Below are positions 1-11,700 of a stretch of 64,000 bases of DNA, piece by piece. Source of the stretch: Pocillopora damicornis (taxonomy: Eukaryota); contig NW_020847627.1 of NCBI RefSeq assembly GCF_003704095.1, positions 124,001-188,000 on the forward strand, given 5' to 3'. The notes beneath the pieces were generated by a model. The model did not search any database and was not told where the DNA came from. It saw only the letters and a program-made list of their open reading frames with translations. Made by a program: the position numbers and the translations under genes. Every line of letters begins with the position of its first letter. The stretch's first letter is position 1.

Positions 1-3000
1 AGATTCCGGAATAATGACGTTAAAAAACAACATCGACGAAGAAGAATACAGACGGTTTATGATTATTGTAGAGGCAAAGGACCTTGGATCACCCCAGCCC
101 CTCTCGTCTGTTGTTCCTGTTTATGTCATCGTTGATGACGTGAATGACAATCAGCCGAAGTTTGAAAAAAAGTTTTACAGGTATTTACTTACGTGTACTT
201 TTGTGTAAAATGAAACCGTCCTCGCTCTCGCTCACTTATCGGAAAGGCCAGCCATAACAAAGAAACCATTCACTTGCTAAATTACAGAACCAATGAAATG
301 TTTCTCTCACTCGGTACGTCATGCTGCTTCCTTTTCCTTCTTTCCTTCATTAAGTGCGTCAGTGTCTGAGACGGCTTCTATTGGTTGGTCAGTTATCAAG
401 GTCAGAGCCACAGACCAAGATATGGGACCAAATGCCGAAATGACTTACAAGATAACACGAGGAGATGATCAGAGTAAGTCGCTAGAGTTACGATCTATCC
501 TGGAGTAGTAAATTGGTTTAAGTTTTGTTTTGCAGCTTCAAGTTTGTACAAGTGGACGAATAAAATTGTCCATAAACGTTTCATAACAATCACTGAGAGA
601 ATTCAAAACACTATGTCGAGGAATTTTTTTACATAATGTTCGTGGCCAAACCTTTTAAATGGTAATAGGAGAAAGATTTACTGGTTTCACTATCTTTGGT
701 CAATGCCGAGCTCTTTCCAGCAATTGGTTTGTTTCCTTGCTCACCTTAGTGTTAGAACCTTGCAACGAAATAATGAAATATTGAACCACAGAATTTATAA
801 ATTTTTGTGTGTTTTTTTTTAATATCGTCTAGGTGACTTCCGTATCGATAACAGTGGTACTGTGTTCGTAAACAAGGGTCTGGATCGAGAAAGGCATTCT
901 GCATACACGCTGGAGGTTCGAGCCTATAATTACAGAACCAAGGCTTTCAATGAGACCAGTCGACCGCGGCAGAGAAATGTAGATGGTAGGCATCGTCGTT
1001 TTGAATTGCACTCTATATTTTTTTCTTTCGTTACTACATGAATTAAACATAAGGAAAATTGTAGATCCTGTTGTAAGTTTTCAGGATCAAATGTTTTCCT
1101 CAAAACAAGGACTTTCAGCTTGCAAACGTATCTCACATGAAAGCAACTCATTGAATTTTCTCTGTGATTAAAGGTGATAAAGGTCCCATAAAAACATAGT
1201 TAAAATCCCCATGTTTTTTAGTCTCGTTTTCATATTCCTTTTTGTTTCAGCTGAAGGTTATTTGTATGACATTTCAACCCTCATCATAACTATACTTGAT
1301 ATCAACGATAACGCTCCTAGGTTCATCAGACCGCTCTTCACTGGAGGTAAGATCATCATATCAGGCCGAATAAAATCATCACGATACTCTGCGCACATAA
1401 CTCTGTTATGTGAGGAATACTCTACCCCTACCCCTACCCCCACAGGGGTCGATTAAATCGTAAACCATGTAATCATGGCTAAGGGCAAGTTATTCTTGTA
1501 CGTATCCTCGTTTGATTTCCTTCGTTTTATTTTATGTTTATTTTTTTCTTGGTAATCCACTTTTGCCCTGATGATTTAATACGAAAGTAAACATCGGGAA
1601 AATGAATAGCAATATCTGTTTTTTCAGGTATTGCAGAAGCTGCAGGTTTTGACTCGTACATCATGAAAGTCAAGGTATGAGAAGAAGAATATGTTGTACA
1701 TAAAATTTTTATCCTAACAGCCAGCAAAATAAAATATCTTTGAGCTGGTATCTTAGTTTTCTACAATCATCTGAAAGTGTTTGAGTTAGTTACTGCTCTT
1801 TACTAATATAGACACATTTACGACTTTGGCATGAATGAGATAAAATTTAAACCTTCCTCGACCTGGAAAAAACCGCGAACAACCTCGTATCTTTGTAATA
1901 AAGGGACTATGAGCATGTACAAAGTTGAATTTTCGATAAATTTTCTTATAATTATTTCAGGCTACAGATAGAGACGCGGGTAATTTTAGTGCGGTGCAGT
2001 ACAGAATATCCTCTGGAAATGATGGCGGCTTTTTCAAAATAGACGAAGACACTGGATTTATAACAACAGCCAGCAACTTTAAAGGGAAGAAGGGCGAACG
2101 TTTTGAAATTAAAGTCAGTGCTCATGACAACTACGGCAAACCTCCTACAAACGAGGCTGATGGAGAGGCCACGGTTCAGGTACTTTATTTTGAGGTGGTT
2201 ACAACCAATGTAATTAGCACTTCTACGCAAACACTCAGGAATGCACACGCACCAACATATAGTTAGCATATCAACACTTGTACATGCCACCTATGTAAGT
2301 CTGTATTTAAAGTTGTTTAATGGAAAGCTGATTGGTTTTGAAAAGTAAAAAAGAATGATCAAAATTAAGAACAACGAATTAGTTACTAAACTCAAGCTAA
2401 GAAAAAGATAGTAGAATGCTGATGGGGTTATCGAACTCGTCCATGAGTTGTTAGCATAATTATTCCATAAACATTCAACTGGGTATGAGATATACAGTAA
2501 AATAATCGAATTAATTGTTGATGCGTGCAGCTATCATTTATACGGTCGATAACACGTCTTACAGATATTTGTTCTTGTTGACGAGCAACGCGTAACTCTC
2601 AAGGCTGAAGTTGACCCATCTCTTATCGAGAGAAATAAGGAGGAATTTATAAGGTTAGAGACTACATGATTGAAATCAGTTCTTTACTCTTTTTAATGCT
2701 TTATAATATGATTCTCAATAAAGTATTTGTATTCGCATGTCGCAAGTTGCACATCCCACATCTACTTTGACGTATCTAACTTACTGTAAGTTTTAAATTT
2801 CCAGTTTCCACGGCTTTGTTTCGAACGTTAGTGGAAGAGGCCTTAGAAATTATCATATTATCTATAAACACATCCATGGACAATTCCATCAATTCCTCTA
2901 TCCCACATTTCTCTCCTTCTTTTTGAATTCTTTTCGTCTTTATTCCGTCACTTTTGTCTCTTCTATTCATTAGATTTAAATTGTGTTCCTATCCACAGCA

Positions 3001-6000
3001 ACAGTGTCTTTTATGTGATCCGATCTGTGAATCCGTTCATGAAACGAGGGGATTCAAAACGTTTCCTAATTGGCTCAGCAAACTCATTTCAATATCTTCA
3101 TCCTCTCGGCCTGATCACCTAGCATACCTATATTTTTCTACTGAATAAATTTCAGACTGAGATTGGCTGCCCTACTTATTCTTATCAAGGGGACTGCGTC
3201 TTGTGTTCAATAGACTGTCTTTTACAGATAATGAATCCTGTATTTTATTTAATTATAATCAATTTTTTTGTGTTGTTTCCTCAGTGTGTTGAATAACATA
3301 ACCGAGGCCGAGGTGAATATAGAGGCGATTTTCAAAGTTTTTTCGGAGAACTCTGAGGGTAAGCAGATCGCAAATTCTGAGGTGTTGTTCCACGCTGTTG
3401 ACCTCAATACTCAGACCATCATGACCAGCAATGAAGTGCTCAGGTAAATATTTCACCATTATGGTAATGTAAAGATAGGTTACTAAAACCCCTTTTTTTT
3501 TAATTTAAGAGAGACAACTAATGCTTAGCTTTCTCTTAATAATTTTTCATACGTTAGACAATATGTTTAGGTAATCGCAAGGTTGCGAATTCAATTTAGT
3601 TTGTAGAAATTCAAAGAGCTTGCAAATGTTTATGCCAATTTACACCAGGCTGAACTGCTACCTACTGTTTTTCTTAAGTTCCTCCTTGTTATTTATCCAT
3701 TTACTACCAAAGAAACCTCAAAACATTAGGAACAACTATTTCCTTTTTACAACGAAAAAAATAGGCTATTGTTAAACGTTATTACGTTTTTGCTACTCCA
3801 GCACTATTGAAAAGCACACTGACCAGTTGGAGACCTTGTACGCCAGATGGAAAATCAGAGCTCCCATCGCTTCCACCACACAACGTCCAACAGAGGACAG
3901 TGGCCTGGGTAACGCTGAACTAGCACTTATCATCCTTGGATCTGTAGTTGGGCTGCTGTTGTTACTGGGTCTGTGTTTTGCCGTAAAGACACGTTGCAGG
4001 TAACTATATTCAATGCATTTACAATTTTCAACTGAGTGTCGAAAGAAAACGCAAAATTAAGGTTTCCTTCAGTATGATTGTAACAACTCTCTAATGCCTA
4101 ATTGTCTCCGTCATGAGGAGCAACGCTCACTCTTTTACGCATACCAGCCTAAGAACCATTTTAATTTTCAAAGTGAATCATAATCCTCTACGTTGTCTCT
4201 TTTTTAGAGTAAAGAAACGTGAAATGTACAATTCGCCAAGAGCTCGAAGAAAGCTTGGTAGCACCAATCGCAAGTAGGTGTTTTAAATGGAGCTCCTGAT
4301 ATTTCAATACGACCATGCCATCGATCGGTACTATGTTTAAAGAATGTGTGATCACGCTGAAACAGGAAAACAACTGAACAATTATTTCATTACCTTAACT
4401 GGAAGCTTTCCTTTTCAGTTCTTTTTAGAAAAAAGTGAATAAAGAGTACCATCCTTTATAAATTATCAGTATTTCTCTTTAATTTTATTTGGTGGACTAA
4501 GACTTGTGATAATCACAAAGGTATCTTTATTTATGTGTAAACGTTCCTTATCCTCCTATTTCATCAAGCTTGCAAACCATGAAAATCCCATGGCCTTCTC
4601 ATGTTCAGGTATACTTTGCATTATAAAAATTATTTCTATATTTTTTCTTCTTCCAGTGGCTCCTGGTCGTATTATGATGACGTCATTGGAACTATTGAAG
4701 ACAAGAGTGTAGCTTCTGTCAGGTATAATAAAGCTGTATTAACGTTTACCCACTGCTTAAAATCATACTTTTCTCCGATATCTGATTGAATTTTAGTCCT
4801 TACCGGACAAAATAATTCACTAACTGAGTGGTGCATATAATATGTTTCTTGCCTTGCTTATCTTTGTGAATTCGTTAACTTTTTCATTACGAACTTGTTT
4901 TTTGTTGCAGGATGTCTCATCCGTATGGAAGCGACCCAGGAATGTACAGCGGCTCAGATTATGTGCTCACTAAGAAAGGACGGTAAGTTGTTGACAATGA
5001 AATTTACTAACGCAATGTGACCCTCATTTAGGTTATACTCTCCAGGCTTGAAAAACTCTCCCTTGAATGGAGGTCTTTTTAGACGAGAGTGAAAAATGCT
5101 GAGGGCTTGGAGCGTAATGCACTGATTAGGATCTAACTTTGTGTCCCTTGAGTAGAGTTGTCCCGAAGTAGAGATACTACAATGTTGGTATCGGATTTTC
5201 AAGCAAATGTTTGTACCTTTATTTTACTGTTTTATCCATTACGTTGTTTCTTGTTTACCGGTGCACGGTGTTTACTCACCTGTAATTTACCATTTTCTTT
5301 TCACATTCGGTATATATTCCAACACACAGTTAATCTTTAAAAATTAATATTCTCTATGGTAGAAGTTGCCATGAACCAATGGGGACCTTTTAGGTTTGGC
5401 GGTTTGGCAAAATTTCTTAAAGCTTTGCAGAAAGGGGCATTTAACAGCACAACCCTCCATAGTCTCTAGGATTAACAGACACTTTTTTTTCTTACAGCTC
5501 ATTGGAAGACAGAATTTGGGATGATGAGCCTGACTGCTATTTATCACAGGTTACAAATGCCCTCAAAAATTAGTATCTTGACCTATAAAAAAGATAATGT
5601 TGTAATATTAAGTGATAACTGCGCCTTAAAGGTGCAAAGATTTACTGCGAAAATGAGTTCAACCTTGAGAAAATAATGAAAAGTCATTTTCTCTTCGTCC
5701 AACAGAATATCTGGCATCTGTTTTCTCTTCGTTGCATGCACATGAAAAATTGATACTATCTAAACTTATTCAGGCAAGCTCAAAATTTGCGATATTTCCT
5801 ACCCATTCGGCTGCTTCTAGCAGTATGTCAGAGGGACGCTTTGTCCCAATCCCGAGGCGAAGTTTTGACAACTTCTCTCTGTACTCTTTAGGATTCAAAT
5901 TCTAAAATCGACTCATACCTTAATGATGACGGCGAATCAGAACACGGTGCAGCCGGAAGTGATATCAGCCAGGAAAGCTCCGTCCACTCATCGAAACTAA

Positions 6001-6032
6001 CAGCTGACGGCATGGTGGTTACGAAAGTCTAG
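1..6032 (+). CDS. CDH23: 3' part of a cadherin-23-like cadherin (14 exons; EC repeats, MAD/SEA-like domain, TM, cytoplasmic tail); 5' end lies outside the window
   Basis: Exons reconstructed by hand, all GT-AG and phase-consistent: <1-180, 355-473, 833-985, 1251-1346, 1628-1674, 1961-2179, 2565-2653, 3285-3443, 3802-3999, 4208-4273, 4657-4722, 4911-4982, 5498-5549, 5892-6032 (TAG). Cadherin motifs DVNDNQPKF, ATDQD, LDRE, DINDNAPRF, ATDRDAG. The post-EC segment IFVLVDEQRV...EEFISVLNNITEAEVN...EVLFHAVD resembles, from memory, the CDH23 membrane-adjacent domain. TM ALIILGSVVGLLLLLGLCFAV; ends VVTKV*. Cadherin identity is near-certain; CDH23 orthology is likely but unverified. Confidence 0.85.
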
Positions 6033-6860
6033 CAGGATACATCTCTTTCTTTGAAATACGAATCATTACAATACTGAGTTCAAATTTTTTCGGCGAGAAT
6101 GGGCTAAAACGGTCTCTTCTGACTTATCTTATTGTCAAAATTACTTGATGCAACTTTTTAGCGCTTCTAGAATCATAAAATAATGAGCAGGTGCAATAGG
6201 CAAAATGTATTTAAAAAACGCGAGTTGTATACCCTTTTTCCTGGCCACTTGGATGTTAGAATGCATTAGTGAGGCGTTTTTCGCCTTGAATTGTGAGAAC
6301 ATTTTGATTAAACTGTTCCCTTTAGTTGTCAGCATGAGGAGGAAGGAACTCATTGTTATAAATGAATAACACTGAGAGCGTTTTCAGTTTCCAACGAGCC
6401 TTTCAAAACGTGTCTTCGAATGTGCACAGTCGAATTTTCATCTCATTTTCTTTACTATTTTGATGTTTGATAAAAAGCTATATTGTATTTGCATCACACT
6501 TCTTCTCTGATGATTTAAGTCTACGGCCAATCATTTTCAGGAAATGGGCATGTTCGAGCAACTCGAGCAACTAGTTAAAGGAAGGTTTATTTTCGCGTTC
6601 ACTGAGCTTGACATTCAGAGTGAAAATCTCGCCGGGAATCGGCGCAGAGCTCCTCGCTGATCGTTTGGTTTTCATTTGATATTACCTATTGTCACATTAT
6701 GGACTTTCCAGGGGGACTTCAGAGTGATTTATTAGGACCTGCCTTCTCGCGATCAGCCTTATCAGGACCTGTTAGCGGTAGGTCCCGCAAGCAATTGGAA
6801 AGACCAAATGACATTCTTCTCGATACTATCAATTTAAGGGTAATAATGCACTATTAAACC

Positions 6861-6901
6861 AATAAAAACAATTTGGTCATTATCCTTGACTTAAGTTTAT
6901 T
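6861..6901. terminator. Candidate convergent polyadenylation signals (AATAAA + at 6861-6866; AATAAA - at 6896-6901)
   Basis: Canonical hexamers between the cadherin stop (6032, +) and the GPCR1 stop (7420, -). Confidence 0.35.
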
Positions 6902-7419
6902 ATGATGTATATCCAGTTGTTATTCTTACAATTACTTTGTCTATTCCTAACCTCTTTAAGCAGCTCTCTGCAAATACTTTTCTTCTATATATGTACATAT
7001 GAATTGAAGAATTTTTTGATGAATTTTTGTGATGATGTCATGTTTCGATGTTGAAAACTGAATGAGATAACAATTGCTTCAGCCTGGCAATTGTTGTTAT
7101 TGTGGAGGAAAATCAGTCTTTGCTCTTGACTGGTTTAGTTCGAATATGCAGTGGCACTCCTTTGATCGACCGGTGTAAGTCGGGCCTCGTAAATCAAATT
7201 GCCGAATTTGGTTAATTAAGGTTTGTTGGATTTGCCTCAGTTAAATGTAAAGTTAAACTTGTCCACCAGAAAGGTTGTCATTTAGCAGAGAGGTCTACCC
7301 CCCCCCCTACATATACTATTCAGTAAAGCTTCCATTACGTATTAAATGGCCCAAATTTCCTAAGACTTTGGGGAGCCTTTTAGACTCTTTTTACATAGAG
7401 TCACACGACAAATCACTGA

Positions 7420-8391
7420 TCACCTTAATTGCAGGGATTCAAATAGCGCAGTCCTTTTCCGTTTCAGCGATCCAAGAAGAGTTCTAGTGAATTTTGGTAT
7501 TCTTATGGAGTATACGATTGGATTGGCAAAGCTGTTACTATAATGCAACAGCTTTGTGAAAGCGAAGACTTCATAAGGAATGTGAGATGACTCCCAAGTA
7601 TCACTTAAGAAAACAACGATGTTAAGAATGTAGAAAGGTATCCAGGTTAAAACGAAAACAAGTGTTATAATTAAAAGGGTTGTGACGAGTTGTTTCTCTT
7701 GAGCACTTCGCTTCAGTTGGTCAAGTTCTTCCTTATATCTGCTCTCCCGCTTTGGTTTCTCTCTCTTGTGATAGGAAACATTAGCCCATACAAGCACATA
7801 TGCCACACAAATGACCAAAAGTGATGAGAATATGAAGAAAATAATAAAATAGAAGAAAATTCTGAACTTGAACACTTCGAATCCGTTCATAAAATACAAC
7901 ACAGCTACAAACAAAGACAACATCCATACGACTGCTATGAGCTGGTGGTAGGTTTTTTTGGAGGTAAGACGATGTCTTAGAGGACACATCACTGCATACA
8001 GTCGCTCCAGAGCGATTACTGTCAGAGCAAAGATTGAAGCAAACGCTGTGAAAATGTCAATGGCCTTATACGCAATATATGTCCCTTTCACATTTGTTTT
8101 CCAGTAGGATGTTAACTGATGAATATAAAGTGGAACTGCAAATGTGCCAACCATGAGGTCTGCAATAGCTAACGTTACAAGAAAGTAGCTGGCACGCATG
8201 CGTAGAAGTTTCCTTTTAGTGAAGACTGCGATGGTCAGGCAATTGCCAACGATGATAGCTATTGCCACCAATGCGAGTGCTACACACCACGTGACCTGCT
8301 CAGACATGGGCATGGCGCCATTCATAGTTGGTGTTCCCTGGGTTGAATTGAAGTCGTAGCTGTTAGAGCTTTTATTCATGGTCCTGTTCAT
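7420..8391 (-). CDS. Class A (rhodopsin-like) orphan GPCR 1, 323 aa, D3.32/K7.39 group
   Basis: Seven hydrophobic segments; GN (TM1), LAIADL (TM2), IALERLY (TM3), TWIP (TM6), NSFANPIVY (TM7); N-terminal sequons NRT/NKS/NST; acceptor ttttctttgcag 15 nt upstream of the ATG. Confidence 0.95.
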   Translation of the reverse strand: MNRTMNKSSNSYDFNSTQGTPTMNGAMPMSEQVTWCVALALVAIAIIVGNCLTIAVFTKRKLLRMRASYFLVTLAIADLMVGTFAVPLYIHQLTSYWKTNVKGTYIAYKAIDIFTAFASIFALTVIALERLYAVMCPLRHRLTSKKTYHQLIAVVWMLSLFVAVLYFMNGFEVFKFRIFFYFIIFFIFSSLLVICVAYVLVWANVSYHKREKPKRESRYKEELDQLKRSAQEKQLVTTLLIITLVFVLTWIPFYILNIVVFLSDTWESSHIPYEVFAFTKLLHYSNSFANPIVYSIRIPKFTRTLLGSLKRKRTALFESLQLR

Positions 8392-8560
8392 ACTGAGTGA
8401 TCACACCTGCAAAGAAAACAAACAAAACAAAACAACTAAACAGGCCACGTGGCGAGACTGTTCGCAGAAGGTAAATCAGGATTAATTCAAAGTTGTTACA
8501 TTATGGGTTTTACCTCCCTAAATTTCAGCTTTCGTGTCTCAAACTAATTAATTGGGTAAA

Positions 8561-8662
8561 TTAGTGTTATCAAATGAGTTAAAAGGTAAATTGGCCACCG
8601 TTAAGAGTTTTTAAACTCTTAACGGTGGCCAATTTACCTTTTAACTCATTTGATAACACTAA
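8561..8662. repeat. Perfect 50-bp inverted repeat with 2-nt spacer
   Basis: 8561-8610 is the exact reverse complement of 8613-8662. Confidence 0.95.
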
Positions 8663-8700
8663 AAAAGGCTGACGTTTCGAGCGTTAGCCCTTCGTCAATC

Positions 8701-8734
8701 GCTCTGACGAAGGGTTAACGCTCGAAACGTCAGC
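8701..8734 (+). ncRNA. Minimal type I hammerhead ribozyme motif
   Basis: gct-CTGACGA-a-ggg ttaacg ctc-GAAAC-GTC-agc: intact CUGANGA and GAAA cores, stem II, short palindromic stem III (ACGT), GUC cleavage triplet (cut after 8731) and 3-bp stem I gct/agc. Confidence 0.75.
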
Positions 8735-11700
8735 CTTTAAACTCTTTACGGTGGCCAATTTACCTTTTTAACTCAGTTGATAACACTAAATTACCCTGTT
8801 ATACTCTCCCACCGACGCAGCACCACAGTTTCTCTAAAAACTTACCCCTTTATTCAAACTAGTTAATTGCAAAGCATGGTATCATCCACCATCTTCAACC
8901 TTCACCTTTTTTTTGTTACATGAAATGCTAATTTTTTTTTGTTTACAACATTGGATTTTGTTTACTTTTTTTCTAAGGTTTTATCTAATTTAAATTTTCC
9001 TTGTAGTGCATCATTGAAAGACGTTGACTTTGGTAAAACGATACCATTACGGTTGTTATCATGGGAGCACAATGCTACAATGGTAACTATTAAAGAGAAA
9101 TATCAGGTAACGATTGTCGGGATGATTTCAGGGCAACACTACATTTACGAAAACGGAACGATTACTCTTCGATGATCAGACTAAAAATTTCTCCAAAAAC
9201 AAGTTATGTCCTGCACGCGGCTGCTTGGAAAGTCCTTCAAGTAACTGCTCATTTCCCTGGTTCTGTTCAGCTTTGAAAACTCGGCAGTCTTCAATGTGAT
9301 GCGTAATGGATCGTATGCCCTTGTGATATATATTTGGCTGGGACCACAAAACTCGTTATTTTCATTTCTCCGAATTGATATATTATTTTGATGTCGGTGT
9401 TTTTACCACTTGCCTCTATTTCGAAATTAGTAAGCTTGGTAAGGACAATCATTATTTTGTGGCCTTGATGACGGTTTTGCCGCTTGAAAATATTTAGAAA
9501 TGTAGAAAGAGAGATTTTTATCGTTCACCTGACTCCCAAGTCGACTTTAAAGATGAAAACTCATTTTCTCCAATTGAAAAATAAACGCGTCGTTGTAGGG
9601 ATAACTTCATTAGATAACATCAAGAGATGAAGACCTCCCCTCTGAAGTAAGAAGAGCTAGGTTGCTTTTTCAATTACACCGACTAAAACTTTTGCTTCAG
9701 GCCTTATCTGATATTCAACGGATCACAACCTCCTTTATCTTTTCTAATAACATCCAATGACCTTCCACTGTCAACAAAGGAGTGAAAATTCACAGTTGCA
9801 TTTTATTTTAAAAAAAAAACACAATGAACAAAGCTTGAACATGCCCTTTGTGGACCGCTAAAAATATGTGCTGATAACAGTATGCCTGATTATTAAGTGG
9901 ATTTAGAACCAACAAATAATATTCCATGTTTACTGCTAAAACTTGCACTGTTGATGATGTTTCCTCTTCATTTGCGAAAAAATCGTTCAATATTTATTCA
10001 AATTGGAACATGCTATTAGACAAGTCTATTAGATACAAGACAATACTCTATGAAAATTTATTCCGCCACCTCAGTTGGTTGTCTGATATGTTTTCTCAAC
10101 TTAATGAGATTTCTTGAAAATGGTCCCGCTGATTCACGAATCGAGGTATTTTAACATCATCTTATGGCAAAAGTGTTTCTGAATGCCACGAGCTTTCTGG
10201 CGACGAAGTGATGTATATGCGGTTTGTGTCCGATGATCGATTATATGTGTATTAGGAGAAAAAGACATGTAAAAAAACACCACTAAGGCTCCTACTGAAG
10301 AATATCGCTCCTAAAAAAATAGTGATGAAAAATAAACATCTATGATGACTGACATAGTAAACGAAATTATATACAACAGTTGAAAAATATTTACCCAAAT
10401 GATTCTTCAAGCGTGTTGTGATTCACTTTCGTTAAAAACTTTTAGCCTCCGGCTTCCGGCATTTTCAGTAATTAATATTCTTCAGAAATGCAATGTTCGT
10501 GTAGCTATGTTTTCCACTGCAATGCAGCCGTGCTGTAGTAACTGTACCCCAAATTATTTTGTTATCATGATGTTGCCATTAGATTTTAAACCTAATCCTA
10601 TTTAAAGCTACTTTCCCCAAGCACCTGGATACTATCCCGATCTCCAGTTATGTCATTTACCTCAAAGAATTCACGAGAAAACTTCCAGGATCGTCCCTAG
10701 AAGTCCATCGAATTTAACTATAAAAAAATGATCGTCAGCGCCGAACCTCCAAGTTCTGAGTCAAGAAAAGACAGTTAAGCGGGCGCAATAATGCACTGAG
10801 GCCAAACTCTCTCCTCTAGTTTGACTCTCGCTCTCTTTTGTAACAAACATGTTTTCAATGCTTTTCATCGCCAATTCATTTATGCTAAGGAATCTTGCGT
10901 CGCAAAGTACCTCAAAAGATATCTCAGGAGATTATCTTAATTTTCACTTGGAATAACAAAGAACGCAAAGCAATTGAATCACATTGTAGAATAAAGTGTA
11001 TTAAAAAGCAAACGTCGGTTATGCCGGAGAAAAGTAAAATTTTAGCCAAAACATGTTTTCAATAACCTTTCATTTCTCGGAGTTTTCCTCAAGTTCAAAC
11101 AAAGTTTTCTAAAGCGATCTGTAAGCTGCAATCTTTGCCGTCGGCGTGTGTGTTTTGTCAAAATACGAGATTTGACATGAAAGGCTTGTGAATTTTCAGT
11201 CTATTAGGTTTCTCAGGAACTGACTTATCTTGATCTCCTTCTGTCATTTGTACTTTAATTGATCTCAGAAGACCCTGCTTATTTTTCACTCAATTTGAGT
11301 TTGATGAATTTCATTTGTATAATTAGACAAGTTCACTTTTTTGCAACCATGACCTTGAGCATTTTTTACATTTTGCTTCCAGCCATATCATAGGGAAACA
11401 GGTATCTTTATTTTAATTATAATGTTCATTATCCACTAAAATACGTCAACGAAAATTTCCATTGCAAAAAAAAAATAACCTCTATGAAATATAGAATATA
11501 TGCGTCCATTCAGAGACCCATTTTGGTCTGTTTTACTTGTATTAGCGGGCTGTTTTCTGAGGTGCTTGGTTATAATCTAAATTTAATTGTTTCTTATTAC
11601 TTTTCCTTGGACCAAATCAGCGTTAATGACCCGTGCTTTACCAGCTTTTCTGTTTCTTGGGGTAAATGGTTATTGCAACATCAATTTTTTTAGTGATCCT

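Larger units (their letters stand above)
8555..8853. mobile_element. Penelope-type non-autonomous repeat with inverted segments and hammerhead core; 16-bp target-site duplication
   Basis: Flanked by TCAAACTAATTAATTG (8539-8554) and TCAAACTAGTTAATTG (8854-8869). Homologous copies at 30242-30413, 34527-34675 and 61247-61306. Confidence 0.75.

Noticed and set aside
4569-4608. Possible extra cadherin exon (aag|CTTGC...TTCAG|gtata)
   Set aside because: Ends in phase 0, incompatible with the next exon, and would leave a 48-nt intron.
14-5547. Short ORFs in the track over the cadherin region treated as separate genes
   Set aside because: They are exon fragments running into introns, or antisense noise; one spliced model explains all cadherin motifs.
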